A DNA stretch of 64,000 nt from Bacteroidia bacterium (GTDB taxonomy: Bacteria; Bacteroidota; Bacteroidia; UKL13-3). Where the stretch lies: NCBI GenBank assembly GCA_034676125.1, contig JAUCCO010000001.1:9788-73787 (forward strand). The letters are read 5' to 3'. The position numbers and the translations under genes are program-made. Positions 22,001 to 30,676 of this stretch are shown here, piece by piece. Within the stretch, counting starts at the first letter, position 1, and every line of letters begins with the position of its first letter. The notes under the pieces are model-generated. The model was not told the DNA's origin and ran no database searches. It saw only the letters and a list, made by a program, of their open reading frames with translations.

Positions 22001-22465
22001 TTTATTACCTTAATGGCAAATGAAGAACAAGAAGTATTAAACTTTAAGTTACTTGATGAAAAAACTGGCTTAACCTACGACTTAAATGGCAACATGAAGT
22101 TTGAAACCAATAAGCTAATAGGTTCGTTAACGCAGCCTCAAGCCTTATCAATTGGTGGCAACTTTAAGTGTAATGATTTTGTAACGGCTAAGGTTAGCGG
22201 TTTACAAATATTTGCACATCCAAATCCATTTAGCACCAGTGTTGTATTAAATGTACAAGGCTTTACGGCTGCTAAGCTTAAAGTTAAAGTATTAGATGTA
22301 ACAGGTAAGCTGATTGATGCATTTGAATACGATACACAAGGAGAATCAAACAGCAACATAAACTGGAACCCGCTTGACCGTGGAGTAAAAGTTAACCAAG
22401 GCTTTTACTTTGTAGAAGTGGAAGGCAATAGCCAAGTTGTTAGAACAAAAATTATTAAGCAATAA
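13088..22465 (+). CDS. Giant secreted multidomain protein (FN3 domains, four LamG/concanavalin-like lectin modules, CarbopepD-reg-like module) with T9SS type-A C-terminal sorting domain
   Basis: Signal peptide MNKFFTCQTLFSKILCVLLISLVFGLEATAQ (the ORF track starts further upstream at 12944). Repeated LamG signatures LDEVRVYN, LRDFRLWN, FDEVRIWN. C-terminus AHPNPFSTSVVLNV...GFYFVEVEGNSQVVRTKIIKQ is a typical Por_Secre_tail. Confidence 0.85.
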   Translation: MNKFFTCQTLFSKILCVLLISLVFGLEATAQGPFTAATHITGEYMYGDCNGKIKVRFLYQDRGYNSLTYINFYYKKSDGTYTQFAKAENNYNQANDWSDGWPGNGKAYSLGGVNSNTIVISDRYNEGALSYQYFEWRSVPADAIVNGQVNIFSEVRFGPYSLTYTSNNSGSIPIIFPTLSPPTQLTASNAVYCDKINLEWQKPNSFPCSYSFEIYRDNTKITTVTESTLTYEDNTVTAGNHQYNVKAVHTTGTGGKIISGSSFVANGAKKATLSAPSGITATDNRCDGKVALGWNYYNNNPTYFHVSRSTTINGTYSSVDATIDGGERSFLTTAPTRSTTYYYKVGTIGDCGTTFSTTGYAGASPTIPTKPTGVQASVNGANNAIVVTWTDNSSDETGFNIERSILGASGSTTIPVDAGTTTYTDNDVSACVRYVYKVRARNNCDPVGNISLTSANVTINPILSTSFNATTNKLRCSKGYFSNMVQLEWSTSNVDLLTQYRVYRKVFASNSDSTLIGSAGSGEGSYYDYTAISGTLYQYTVIGVLTCAGTPLYSNATQDIGFKNAFGTVTGQLSYLGGFALKNAKVLVTPTAATFLGASVSLASGGSLSVPAASLLSFTNGITLETWFKTPNVVGNKTLISVGSGFRTAKVSLQGDKIAIETYNGSVTKNYVSTGTSGSFLANNFNQVTGVFRTDSLIIYLNGVRLGGVSLSGYTYLPFNNSSITMGSGFIGNLDEVRVYNIGKTGANVAIDFDRKVNPDDNGLLAYYTFDENTVGYNGFFDYSRKGQVYNANHGTSINTTFDNTNIPSVSQLAFASYTDSTGSYVVTNINYPGIGDLYTISPAFSTHKFSPINRPVYIGDGSAVHSQQNFIDESSFTVSGFVFYDNTTCPAEGINLKIDGAYVMVGGTKVATDQNGAFDIQVPIGNHVVTVEKEGHVFSAGRFPTTGVYDFQKTEAGIQFKDNTLIKVVGRAVGGAIEAAKKPGLGLSVNNIGKTRLYFKSQLRNGCSVASITTNDTTGEYTVFLPPLLYTVDTAKVITNPVLNFGIQSVLDLSNAVTVYTTADTLYLPGTSTITNIRSTTYNVRRDFIYYTTPSVLLARTKAKTATDSTFIGETSLALDSVNSISLLPNNPFTYPIFNQFKEYTAKVYAFDVYENSDKNPAIQYKVPLNGRLIVNNSLASDESAVQNVNVVGGEATYTFRGGAPDITRNNSNPAFSFTKTMQVTFFTTGNNGDRTISWLPNAGSTPYRAFIFGGRTRGAQFATSGPQKVDLILRDPPGSASSSTWAKNTALTSTKTFSTSNKSGGGFEGKINLGFKWQTSAGIGVEFETESYFGGNESLGMKSETTAGKNGEIVESISSSISISTGGGSDQVGSKADILYGHSKNYVFGLSDNLTLISAARCAIPGSVCGNTDYNGYKIGLNQSLALNPKEINTVFAYTVSEVEDIIIPNLIKVRNSILVQSKKANGQPKYTINYTDVDDEDYEKKFGANNDDAIWGTVRNKNNPLTQEETDNTGPSYTFHRNSIADPDSVRLQNNQIRLWKEALATNEREKYEAFTLNIGNVLNSGTNTSIGKAAITREYTSTKSTSTTRSEEVFFSEDVGLGFTLDVAGSGFEFGGSVTVEETSATEEGTASEVATTIGYTLQDGDDGDLISVDVVDPKTGNGHMFKLRGGQTSCPYEGPEWSNYYRPGDTISSSTYFDEQSGVKLSDGTAKRHVPKILIPQPEKFNVPADQAATFILQLGNESESDDDQEYSLRVVEVSNPNGAVLTIDGLDPNRNFSIPYATNISKTLTIKRGTEYYDYDSILLIFKSPCDDDLSDSVYVSVHFIPTCTQPFVYNPGDKWTLNNSFRDTMNVVLNGYDYNFGGFKGLTFQYKPSSSSEWKILQTYRKTPIDIDDREIPSIKPYIEYAWNMRQLTDGPYDIRVASKCSAPGHADAEVFSPIATGLADRVNPSPFGNPSPADGILSPNDEIQIQFNEPIDNASLSFQNFDIRGVLNGSALQNTASLHFDGNNDYVEIPTGLNLAKKTFSLEFWVKRETLGEQVVFSQGVDNAQYLSIGFDANNKFNFRIGNEVVRTNETITDLTAFHHYTVSYNNQTDACELFVDGVVRNTGNTTIYSKYEGGGKTIIGKLSKDNTFGFIGNLRDFRLWNRTRNSSEIVGSMNKSLKGTEAGIIANWRFDEATGLEAKDYVRSRHATIKNAVWQISPKGKSYQIINEPLVVNAGNLVFTNETDFTIEFWFKGANTAGDVALFSNGRGDSTDVNIDIKWSIEKDANGKIIVKHRGLNFEAVSNNYFDNNWHHFALVMQRSTSITAFVDGNQQNTTNTSDFKQFGGDKIWFGARGYQSLIGTETVDRKFTGYFDEVRIWNSSRSQEQINRDRVNRLSGTETGLVFYLPFETYTLNLGVPILTPSIKDMKDTSRTIIHDTINGSGLSDETPTIKLQRPVQSIVFNYSVNQDKIILTPTTLPELIENITLDITVKDVYDLNGNKMQSPKTWIAYMDKNQVKWQDQDFNFTKKAGASLTFTSNIVNSGGAIKQFDIQNLPIWLSASPASGSVSPNSFKTITFTIDPNVNIGNYENQIQLLTDFGFPDGLLISLKVVAEAPSTWAVNAGSFQNAMSIVGQVRVNDVISTNPDDKLAAFVNGECRGVASLQYYPQIDRYYAFLNVYSNVSSGENIEFKIWNAGAGKIHSDVTPQIQFVTNGQVGSISTPQIFNATDKLTSYIPLSSGWNWISFNLLMKDSNNINALFRNTKSGNGDIFRSLTSLADYSVVDGWAGELAGAKAGVKPEQSYRLRNTNKDTLVVTGIEIDPTTRPIKLDSGWNWIGFVSQRNLSVNEAFSSLNATNNDLIKSQSQFALYDNVIGWVGSLTTLTPNKGYMFRSGSNTTFAYPKSAMFGKKATTDNAYVSNYFKLDATKFEKNMNAIVDAGVCNEVLATGRFSVGAYVNDQLRGATKPTTLSNGRNLFFITLMANEEQEVLNFKLLDEKTGLTYDLNGNMKFETNKLIGSLTQPQALSIGGNFKCNDFVTAKVSGLQIFAHPNPFSTSVVLNVQGFTAAKLKVKVLDVTGKLIDAFEYDTQGESNSNINWNPLDRGVKVNQGFYFVEVEGNSQVVRTKIIKQ

Positions 22466-22470
22466 ATTAT

Positions 22471-22510
22471 AAAAGGCAAACACAACTATTTATTGTGTTT
22501 GCCTTTTTTA
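22471..22510 (+). terminator. Rho-independent terminator
   Basis: aaaggcaaacac / gtgtttgccttt stem followed by a T-run, just after the stop at 22465. Confidence 0.7.
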
Positions 22511-22540
22511 ACATCAATAAAATAAACACCAAACCTTTAT

Positions 22541-25500
22541 ATGAAAATTAAGCAGTTACTTTATCTAGCACTGTTATTTTTGGTATCCAAAACTACAATA
22601 GCAGCAGCTCCAACATGGAGTGTAAACCCAGCACTTTTTCAATATTCAATGACAGCAGTTGCAGTTGCAAATGTAAACTGTGTTGAACTAACTAGCCCCA
22701 GTGTGCGCATTGGTGCATTTGTAGGAACAGAACTAAGAGGAACAGCACTAACCAGCAATGTAATTAGTGGTAGGTACACTGCTTCAATGATTATATACAG
22801 TAATGTTACCTCAAACGAAACGGTAATATTTAAAATGTATAACCCAACTACCGACTCTATTTATGATGCAAGAGTGAGTGTAGCATTTCAAGATAATGCA
22901 AATTATGGTTCAAGTGGAAATCCATTTGAAATAAAAAATAATAATGCGCCAACGGCAATGCAATTGTCAACCAATAATATAAACGAAGGCGAACCGATAA
23001 ACACCACTGTTGGTACATTTACAAGTACTGATATTGACTCGGCAGAAACATTTACATACAGTTTGGTTAGCGGCAGTGGAAGCACTGATAATACTAATTT
23101 TAATGTTTCAGGTAATGCATTACGCAGCTCGTCAGTATTTAATTTTGGCAATAAAACTTCGCACAACATAAGGGTTAGAACAACCGATGCAAATGGTTGT
23201 TATTTTGAATCAACTTATACCATTAGTGTTAATGATGTAAACACCGCTCCCTCAGATATTTTTATTACAGATTCTACCGTTAACGAAAACAGCGCAGCGC
23301 TTACTGTTGTTGGTGCTTTTAGTGCTTTAGATAACGACTTAAGTGATACTTATAGTTACTCGTTAGTAACAGGTGTTGGCAGTACAGATAACGCTAAGTT
23401 TAATATTAACGGAACCAACTTGCGCACACTTGCTGTGTTTAATTACGAAGTAAAATCATCATACAGTATTCGTATAAAAGTTACAGATGGCGCAAATAAT
23501 ACCTTCGAAAGAGTATTTACTATTTTGGTTGATGATGTAAACGACAACCCAACAAATATTTTGGTAAATGGCAGTAGTGATGGAACAACATTTATGGAAA
23601 ATAAACCACTAGGTTCTGTAATTGGAAATTTAACTACAACAGACGAAGATACTGCTAACACATTTACCTATAGTTTTATAAATACACCAGGTAATAACAA
23701 CAGTGATTTTACAATTATTGGAAGCCAATTGCGCACCAATAGTTTATTTGATTATGAAACCCGTCAAAACTATGTGGTATTTGTACAAACTAATGATGGA
23801 AACGGTGGATTATTTACCAAGCAATTGTTGTTAACCGTAACAGATAGTAATGATGCGCCAACTGCAATTAATTTAACCAACAATAGCATAACCGAAAACT
23901 TGCCAGCAAATACTTTTGTGGCAAAACTTTCGGCAACCGACCCAGATGCTAGCGGAACATATACCTATACTTTTGTAAACGGAACAGGAAGTAGTGGCAA
24001 TACAAACTTTGTTATTAGTAATGATAGTTTATATACCGCTTTATCTTTTGATTATGAAACTACGGCTAGTTATAGCATTAGGTTAAATGTTAATGATGGC
24101 AGTAATGGAACGCTTCAACAGCCATTTACTATTAATGTAATTAATGCCAACGATGCACCAACTGATATTAATATTACATCAAACCAAATTGCAGAAAACC
24201 TACCAACCAATAGTACAGTAGGAACACTTTCTACAGCCGACCAAGATGTTACAAATACATTTATTTATAGCTTAGTGAGTGGAGTAGGTAGTACAGATAA
24301 TGCAAGTTTTAATATTTCTGGAAACACGTTACGTTCATCAGTTTCGTTTGATTACGAAACAAAAAACTCATACTCAGTTAGGGTACGTACAGTCGATAAT
24401 GGAAGTGCAACTTTCGAAAAAGTAATTACCATTAATATAACTGATGTTGTTGATGCGCCAACAAGCATGTCAATATCCAACGATACCATTAACGAAAACT
24501 TACCAACAAATACTTTGGTAGGAACATTAAATGGGGTTAGCCAAGATCCAAGTGCGGTGTTTACTTATTCGTTTGATAACAGCGTTACAGGTAATAACAA
24601 TAGCAGCTTTATAATTTCAGGTAATCAAGTTTTATCGAATGGTGTTTTTGATTATGAAACTAAAAACGTGTATACACTTTATGTAAATGCAAGTACAGGT
24701 CCAACGTCATCATTTACTAAGTTAATTCAAATATATATACGTAACCAAAATGATGCGCCAACAGAGCTAAGCTTAAGTAACAACTCAGTTAAAGAAAACA
24801 AAGCTATTGGTACTTTTATTGGAATATTAACAAGCACAGATGCTGATGCAAATAGTACATTTACCTATGCGTTAGCAAGCGGAATTGGAGCAACACACAA
24901 TACCATGTTTAGTGTTAGAAACGACAGTTTGTTTACTGCCACCAGTTTTGATTACGAGCAACAAAACACGTATTCAATTAGGTTAAAAACCACCGATAAT
25001 GCGAATGCTGAATTTCAAAAAGTATTTACAATTAATATTATTGATAGCAACGATGCACCAACAGCAATTAACCTAAATAGCCAAAGTGTTTCAGAGAATT
25101 TATCAGCAGGTGCAACCGTTGGCACAATTAGCACAATAGATGCAGATGCCAACCAAAGTTTTACTTATACCTTAGTAGCAGGTGTTGGTGCTACCAATAA
25201 CAATATGTTTAATATTCAAGGTTCGTTATTGCGCACCGCTGCTTCGTTTAATTACGAGGTACAAAAAGAATATAAAATCAGAATCCAAACCAATGATGGA
25301 CAAGGCGGAATTTATTCAGATACCTTTACCATTACTGTTTTAAATGCAAATGATGCACCAACCAATATTACATTAAGCAATAATGTATTGGTAGAAAACA
25401 GGCCAGTTAATAGTGTAGTTGGTACATTTACAACAACCGATGAAGACTCTTTAGATGTATTTGTTTATTCGTTTTCGACCGTAACGGGAAATGATAATGG

Positions 25501-28500
25501 TGCATTTTTTATTAACGGAAACCAATTGCGTAGCAACACTAATTTTGATTATGAGAGCAAGCAAGTTTATAATGTTTACATTCAAACAAGCGATGGCGCT
25601 GCAACCTTTACCAAACAATTTGTAATAAATATTGCAGACAGTAATGATGCACCAACAGACATTGCTTTGGCTACAAAAAGTATCAACGAAAATAGGCCAA
25701 TAGGTTCATTTATTGGTCAATTTAGCACAACCGATGCTGATGCTGTAAGCACCTTTACTTATGCATTAACTAGTGGTGTTGGCGCAACAAACAACACATC
25801 GTTTTATATTAGCAACGATAGCTTATATAGTGCAGCTGTATTAGACTTTGAATTACAAGATTCATACAGTATTAGAGTTAAATCAACAGACAATGGAAGC
25901 CTATCTTTTCAAAAAGTATTTACCATTACTGTTAATGATAGCAATGATGCACCAACAGGAATTAACCTTACCAGCTCATCAATATCAGAAAATCAACCAA
26001 TAGGTACAACCATAGCAACCATCAATACGGTTGATCCAGATGCTGGCCAAACTTTTACTTATGCATTAGTAGCAGGTGCTGGTTCAACCAACAATAATTT
26101 GTTTAGCATACAAAACGGCTTATTAAAAACCAATGCGTTATTTAACTATGAAGTAAAACAACATTACACTATCCGCATACAAACCAATGATGGACATGGA
26201 GGCACTTTTGCAGATACATTTAACATTACCATATTAAATGCAAACGATGCGCCTACCAACATTACCATGTCTAACCAAAAAGTAACCGAAAACAAAGCAA
26301 TTGGTTCTTTTGTAGGTTCATTTTCAACAACCGATGAAGACACTTCGGATATGTTTAGTTATAGTTTTGTAAGTGTAGGAACTAACGATAATGCAAGCTT
26401 TTTAATTACTGGAAATGAGTTGCGCACCAATGCATCGTTTAACTATGAAGTAAAGCAATTATATGTAGTTAATATTCAAACAAACGATGGAAACGGTGGT
26501 ACATATAATAAGCAGTTTTTAATAAACATTAATGATAGCAATGATGCACCAACAGATATTATCTTATCAAACAATACCATCATAGAAAATCAACCAGCAT
26601 TAACCTTTGTTGGCAAACTAAGCACAATAGATGTGGATGCAGGAGCAAGTACATTTGCATACACTTTAGTTTCGGGCGTTGGTGCTACACATAATAGTAG
26701 TTTTGTAATAAGCAACGATAGTTTGTATAGCAACACACCATTTAATTTTGAGCAATTAGCTACACTTAGTATACGTGTAAGAACTACAGACAATGGTTTA
26801 TTATCAACCGAAAAAGTATTTACAATTAATGTGAATGATGCAAATGATGCACCAACAGCACTTAGCTTAAGCAATGTAATTGTAAGTGAAAATGTTCCTT
26901 TGCGTACGCGTATTGGTATATTAAGTACAACCGATGCCGACATCACCAATACCCACAATTATAGTTTGGTTACAGGAGTTGGATCAGCAGATAATGCGTC
27001 ATTTATTATTATAGGCAACGAATTAAAAACCAATGTAGCATTAAACTACGAGGTTAAAAACAGTTATCAAGTGCGCATCCAAACCAATGATAATAATGGT
27101 GGTACTTTTGATCAAACATTTACTATTAATGTTAATGATAGCAACGATGCTCCTACTAACATTATATTAAGCAATAATAACTTTGTCGAAAACAGATTAA
27201 TTAATAGTGTTGTTGGTTCGTTTAGCACCATTGACGAAGACAGCACAGACAGCTTTATTTACTCGTTTGCTAATGTAACCGGAAATGATAACAGTGCGTT
27301 TTATATCAACGGAAATCAACTACGCAGCAATAGCAGTTTTGATTACGAAACCAAACAGATTTACACACTCTATGTTCAAACTACTGATGGTTATGCAACA
27401 TTTACCAAGCAATTTGTAATAAACATTACCGATAGTAATGATGCACCAACAAACGTGTCACTAAACAATACTTCGGTTGAAGAGAATCTTGCACCAAATG
27501 CATTTGTAGGTTTAATGTACAGTGCCGATGCTGATGCTAACAACACCTTTACATATACCTTAGTAAGCGGAAATGGTGGAACGAATAACAACAGCTTTAT
27601 AGTAAGAAACGATAGTTTGTTAACTGCCACAATGTTCGATTTTGAACAAAAGGCAAGTTATAGCATTCGTTTACGTACTACAGATAATGGTGGTCTATCA
27701 TACGAAAAACAGTTTGAAATTACCATTTTAAACACCAATGATACGCCAACCGATATTACACTTTCTGCAAATGAAATAACAGAGAACAGATCATCGCGCA
27801 CTGCCATTGGTCGTTTTACAACAACCGACCAAGATGTTGCTAATAATTTTAGCTACACATTTGTAACAGGAGCAGGGGATGCAGACAATGCAAACTTTGT
27901 AGTTGTAGGTAATGAATTACGTTCTAACAAAATATTTAACTACGAAAACAAGAGCGCGTACACCATTCGTATTCAGAGTAACGATGGCAACGGAGGTACT
28001 ATAGAAAAAGCATTTAATGTTGTGGTAATTGATAGTAATGATGCGCCAAGCAACATTGTATTAAGCACCAATATTATTGCCGAAAATCGTCCAGTATCAA
28101 GTAAGGTTTGTGATATAAGCACAATAGACCAAGATACTAATGATGCATTTTTATACAGCTTTGCAAATGTTACAGGAAACAACAACAGCAATTTCTTTAT
28201 TATAGGAAACGAGTTACGTACAAGCGCAACATTCGATTTTGAAACTAAGAATTTCTACATTGTTGTGTTAACCACAACTGATGCTGCAGGAACTAGTTTC
28301 ACTAAACAGTTTATCATAAATATTAAAGATAGTACCGATGCACCAACCGCAATTGATTTAGGCAATAATAGCGTAAGTGAAAACATGCCAGTTAATGAGT
28401 TTGTGGGTTTATTAAGCGCTACCGACCCTGATCAAACAACCGACTTTAACTATGCTTTAGTTAATGGATTAGGTGCAACAGATAATGCAAGCTTTATCAT

Positions 28501-29515
28501 ATTAGGCGATACTTTAGTTACCAATGCTACATTTAATTTTGAAGCTAAAAAACTTTACAACATAAGAGTTAGGGTAACCGATGTAACAAATGCATATTTC
28601 GAAAAAGCATTTACCATTAATATTAATGATGAAAATGATGCACCAACTGGATTGAGCATTAGCAACAACTCATTATTGGAAAACAAAGCCACGTTAACCG
28701 AAGTGGGTAGTTTTACTACAACAGATGTGGATGCAGTTGATGCATTTACTTACAGTTTAATTGCCGGAACGGGAAGCACAGATAATGCCATGTTTATTAT
28801 TGAAGGTGCAACCTTGCGTAGTAATTTCTCTGCTAACTTCGAAAATAAATCAAGCTATTCAGTTCGTGTTTCTACAACAGATAAAGGTGGCCAAACATTT
28901 GAAAAAGTATTTGTAATAGATATTATTGATGTGAGTGAAAAACCAATGATTTTAAATCAAACATTCACCATGTCAGAAAACGACAGTGCAAATACCGTTT
29001 TAGGTACCATCACATCATCAAGCCCAGATGCTGGTGCTAACTTAAAATACAGTTTAACTGGAAAAGGAAGCGAGTTTTTTAATGTAGATGCAATAACTGG
29101 AGCACTAACCAATGTGGTTACTATTGATTATGAGAAAAACCGCAGATTTGATTTTAAGGTAATTGTAACAGATGTACAAGCATTACCACTATACGATACT
29201 GCAAATATTACAATAAAGGTTAGTGATGAAATTGAGGTTAAGCAGAAGTTACCAGCCAATAATTATATGTCGCCAAACAACGATGGGGTAAATGATGCAT
29301 TTGCAATAGATAACCCGCAATTGTACGTGGATTATAGCTTATCGGTTTACAACGAAAGTGGGATGGAGGTATTCCATGTAGCAAATAATTATCAAAACAA
29401 TTGGGAAGCCACATACAACGGAAAAACATTGCCAACTGGCGTTTATTTCTATGTGTTTTACAACAGCAAAACAGGCGATAAATTTACTGGAGCTTTAAAT
29501 ATTGTTAACCAATAA
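22541..29515 (+). CDS. Cadherin-repeat adhesin (~21 tandem cadherin-like domains) with T9SS type-B (gliding-motility-associated) C-terminal domain
   Basis: Signal peptide MKIKQLLYLALLFLVSKTTIAAAP. Iterated ~100-aa units NDAPT..EN..VGT..TDxD...TY.L..G.G...N..F.I....L.....DYE......IR..T.DG. C-terminus YMSPNNDGVNDAFAID...YFYVF. Confidence 0.85.
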   Translation: MKIKQLLYLALLFLVSKTTIAAAPTWSVNPALFQYSMTAVAVANVNCVELTSPSVRIGAFVGTELRGTALTSNVISGRYTASMIIYSNVTSNETVIFKMYNPTTDSIYDARVSVAFQDNANYGSSGNPFEIKNNNAPTAMQLSTNNINEGEPINTTVGTFTSTDIDSAETFTYSLVSGSGSTDNTNFNVSGNALRSSSVFNFGNKTSHNIRVRTTDANGCYFESTYTISVNDVNTAPSDIFITDSTVNENSAALTVVGAFSALDNDLSDTYSYSLVTGVGSTDNAKFNINGTNLRTLAVFNYEVKSSYSIRIKVTDGANNTFERVFTILVDDVNDNPTNILVNGSSDGTTFMENKPLGSVIGNLTTTDEDTANTFTYSFINTPGNNNSDFTIIGSQLRTNSLFDYETRQNYVVFVQTNDGNGGLFTKQLLLTVTDSNDAPTAINLTNNSITENLPANTFVAKLSATDPDASGTYTYTFVNGTGSSGNTNFVISNDSLYTALSFDYETTASYSIRLNVNDGSNGTLQQPFTINVINANDAPTDINITSNQIAENLPTNSTVGTLSTADQDVTNTFIYSLVSGVGSTDNASFNISGNTLRSSVSFDYETKNSYSVRVRTVDNGSATFEKVITINITDVVDAPTSMSISNDTINENLPTNTLVGTLNGVSQDPSAVFTYSFDNSVTGNNNSSFIISGNQVLSNGVFDYETKNVYTLYVNASTGPTSSFTKLIQIYIRNQNDAPTELSLSNNSVKENKAIGTFIGILTSTDADANSTFTYALASGIGATHNTMFSVRNDSLFTATSFDYEQQNTYSIRLKTTDNANAEFQKVFTINIIDSNDAPTAINLNSQSVSENLSAGATVGTISTIDADANQSFTYTLVAGVGATNNNMFNIQGSLLRTAASFNYEVQKEYKIRIQTNDGQGGIYSDTFTITVLNANDAPTNITLSNNVLVENRPVNSVVGTFTTTDEDSLDVFVYSFSTVTGNDNGAFFINGNQLRSNTNFDYESKQVYNVYIQTSDGAATFTKQFVINIADSNDAPTDIALATKSINENRPIGSFIGQFSTTDADAVSTFTYALTSGVGATNNTSFYISNDSLYSAAVLDFELQDSYSIRVKSTDNGSLSFQKVFTITVNDSNDAPTGINLTSSSISENQPIGTTIATINTVDPDAGQTFTYALVAGAGSTNNNLFSIQNGLLKTNALFNYEVKQHYTIRIQTNDGHGGTFADTFNITILNANDAPTNITMSNQKVTENKAIGSFVGSFSTTDEDTSDMFSYSFVSVGTNDNASFLITGNELRTNASFNYEVKQLYVVNIQTNDGNGGTYNKQFLININDSNDAPTDIILSNNTIIENQPALTFVGKLSTIDVDAGASTFAYTLVSGVGATHNSSFVISNDSLYSNTPFNFEQLATLSIRVRTTDNGLLSTEKVFTINVNDANDAPTALSLSNVIVSENVPLRTRIGILSTTDADITNTHNYSLVTGVGSADNASFIIIGNELKTNVALNYEVKNSYQVRIQTNDNNGGTFDQTFTINVNDSNDAPTNIILSNNNFVENRLINSVVGSFSTIDEDSTDSFIYSFANVTGNDNSAFYINGNQLRSNSSFDYETKQIYTLYVQTTDGYATFTKQFVINITDSNDAPTNVSLNNTSVEENLAPNAFVGLMYSADADANNTFTYTLVSGNGGTNNNSFIVRNDSLLTATMFDFEQKASYSIRLRTTDNGGLSYEKQFEITILNTNDTPTDITLSANEITENRSSRTAIGRFTTTDQDVANNFSYTFVTGAGDADNANFVVVGNELRSNKIFNYENKSAYTIRIQSNDGNGGTIEKAFNVVVIDSNDAPSNIVLSTNIIAENRPVSSKVCDISTIDQDTNDAFLYSFANVTGNNNSNFFIIGNELRTSATFDFETKNFYIVVLTTTDAAGTSFTKQFIINIKDSTDAPTAIDLGNNSVSENMPVNEFVGLLSATDPDQTTDFNYALVNGLGATDNASFIILGDTLVTNATFNFEAKKLYNIRVRVTDVTNAYFEKAFTININDENDAPTGLSISNNSLLENKATLTEVGSFTTTDVDAVDAFTYSLIAGTGSTDNAMFIIEGATLRSNFSANFENKSSYSVRVSTTDKGGQTFEKVFVIDIIDVSEKPMILNQTFTMSENDSANTVLGTITSSSPDAGANLKYSLTGKGSEFFNVDAITGALTNVVTIDYEKNRRFDFKVIVTDVQALPLYDTANITIKVSDEIEVKQKLPANNYMSPNNDGVNDAFAIDNPQLYVDYSLSVYNESGMEVFHVANNYQNNWEATYNGKTLPTGVYFYVFYNSKTGDKFTGALNIVNQ
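22937..29216 (+). repeat. Coding tandem repeat array, ~21 units of ~300 nt (cadherin-like domains), with a 3-unit higher-order periodicity in the central part
   Basis: Seen directly in the translated ORF. Units 7-18 fall into three alternating subtypes repeating every about 900 nt. Confidence 0.8.
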
Positions 29516-29533
29516 TTGATAGGAGAAATTATT

Positions 29534-30676
29534 ATGAAATTGAATAATAAAATATATACAAGCTTATTTGTAGCAGCGTTAATGGTTAATGTATCAAACG
29601 CACAAGACCGTACAAATTTATATACCAACTTGCTTAATCCTTTTTTAAGTAATCCAGCAATGGCAGGTAGTTACGATAATATACACGCCATGTTTAATGC
29701 TAAAACATTTGTTGGTGGAGTGGAGTCGTCTCCGCGCTTAATCAATTTTGGTTTACACTCACCATTTGCCAATAAAACAGGTGGGTTGGGTGTAAAAGCG
29801 GTTAGTCAATGGAGCGGTGCTTTTCAATTGGTTAATGTTGAAGGTGCATATAGCAAATTGGTTAAACTAACGGCAGACCAAACTTTAAGTTTAGGTTTGA
29901 GTTTAGGTTTTGTTCAAAATAACTTACGTACCGACTTATTTACTTCGCAAGTAGATATGGCCGACCCAACATTAAACAGCGGCAATCTTAATAAAATGCT
30001 TGTATCAGGTGGTGCAGGTTTGGTTTATCGCTATAAAAAACGTTTTGAGGCATACGCATCATCACCAATGATGCTTACTGGTACCGAAAGCTTAAACGGC
30101 TTTTTTATAGCAGGAGCTAACTATAAATTTACTTTAGATGAAGCTGGTGATTACGATTTAAAACCAATAGTAAATTACTATAATTTTGTAACTGCACCCA
30201 AAATGGTTGATGTGCTGCTTAGTGCCAGTTGGAACGAAACCGTATCATTAACTGGCGGATATAGAACTAACGGAGTTGTGGTTGCTGGCTTAGGATTTAA
30301 CTTTAAAAACGTAATGATTGCTTATAATTATTACCATAATACGGGTGATTTAAATCGTTTAGCTCCTGCATCAAACGAAATAGCCATTGCGTTTAATTTT
30401 AATAAACCAGAAAGAAGAGTAAGCAAGCCAGAGATAGTAAACGAGCAGATAATCCAAGACCAAATTGATAAGGTTAACGATAAAATAAACGGATTAATTA
30501 ACATCGAAAAAAGCAATCCAGGTTTAGTAAATGTTAAAACCGAAATGGTGAAGTTGAACAAAGATTTGGAAAGAATTTTAACAAAATACAAAATCGAAAA
30601 CATCGATCAGTTAAAGAAAATCAAAGAACTTCAAATCAATATCGAACTGCTAATTGCTAAGTACAATGTTAAGTAA
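29534..30676 (+). CDS. PorP/SprF-family T9SS outer-membrane protein with C-terminal coiled-coil extension
   Basis: Signal peptide MKLNNKIYTSLFVAALMVNVSNAQ after an AGGAGA ribosome-binding site. Gly/aromatic-rich beta-barrel-like body. Lies immediately downstream of a type-B CTD gene, the canonical SprB-SprF arrangement. C-terminal 80 aa are K/E/I-rich coiled coil. Confidence 0.65.
   Translation: MKLNNKIYTSLFVAALMVNVSNAQDRTNLYTNLLNPFLSNPAMAGSYDNIHAMFNAKTFVGGVESSPRLINFGLHSPFANKTGGLGVKAVSQWSGAFQLVNVEGAYSKLVKLTADQTLSLGLSLGFVQNNLRTDLFTSQVDMADPTLNSGNLNKMLVSGGAGLVYRYKKRFEAYASSPMMLTGTESLNGFFIAGANYKFTLDEAGDYDLKPIVNYYNFVTAPKMVDVLLSASWNETVSLTGGYRTNGVVVAGLGFNFKNVMIAYNYYHNTGDLNRLAPASNEIAIAFNFNKPERRVSKPEIVNEQIIQDQIDKVNDKINGLINIEKSNPGLVNVKTEMVKLNKDLERILTKYKIENIDQLKKIKELQINIELLIAKYNVK

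Noticed and set aside
22937-29216. Possible CRISPR array or other non-coding tandem repeat suggested by DNA periodicity
   Set aside because: Period is about 300 nt with only ~40-60% identity, lies entirely within one ORF in a single frame, and translates to cadherin-like domains. There is no short repeat/spacer architecture and there are no cas genes.
14164-29435. Numerous 60-130-aa ORFs on the opposite strand or in other frames inside the giant cargo genes (e.g. 14164-14559, 14743-15066, 23443-23661, 26590-26958, 27391-27630, 29238-29435)
   Set aside because: Shadow ORFs fully nested in strongly supported long coding regions. They have low-complexity translations and no start or ribosome-binding-site context.
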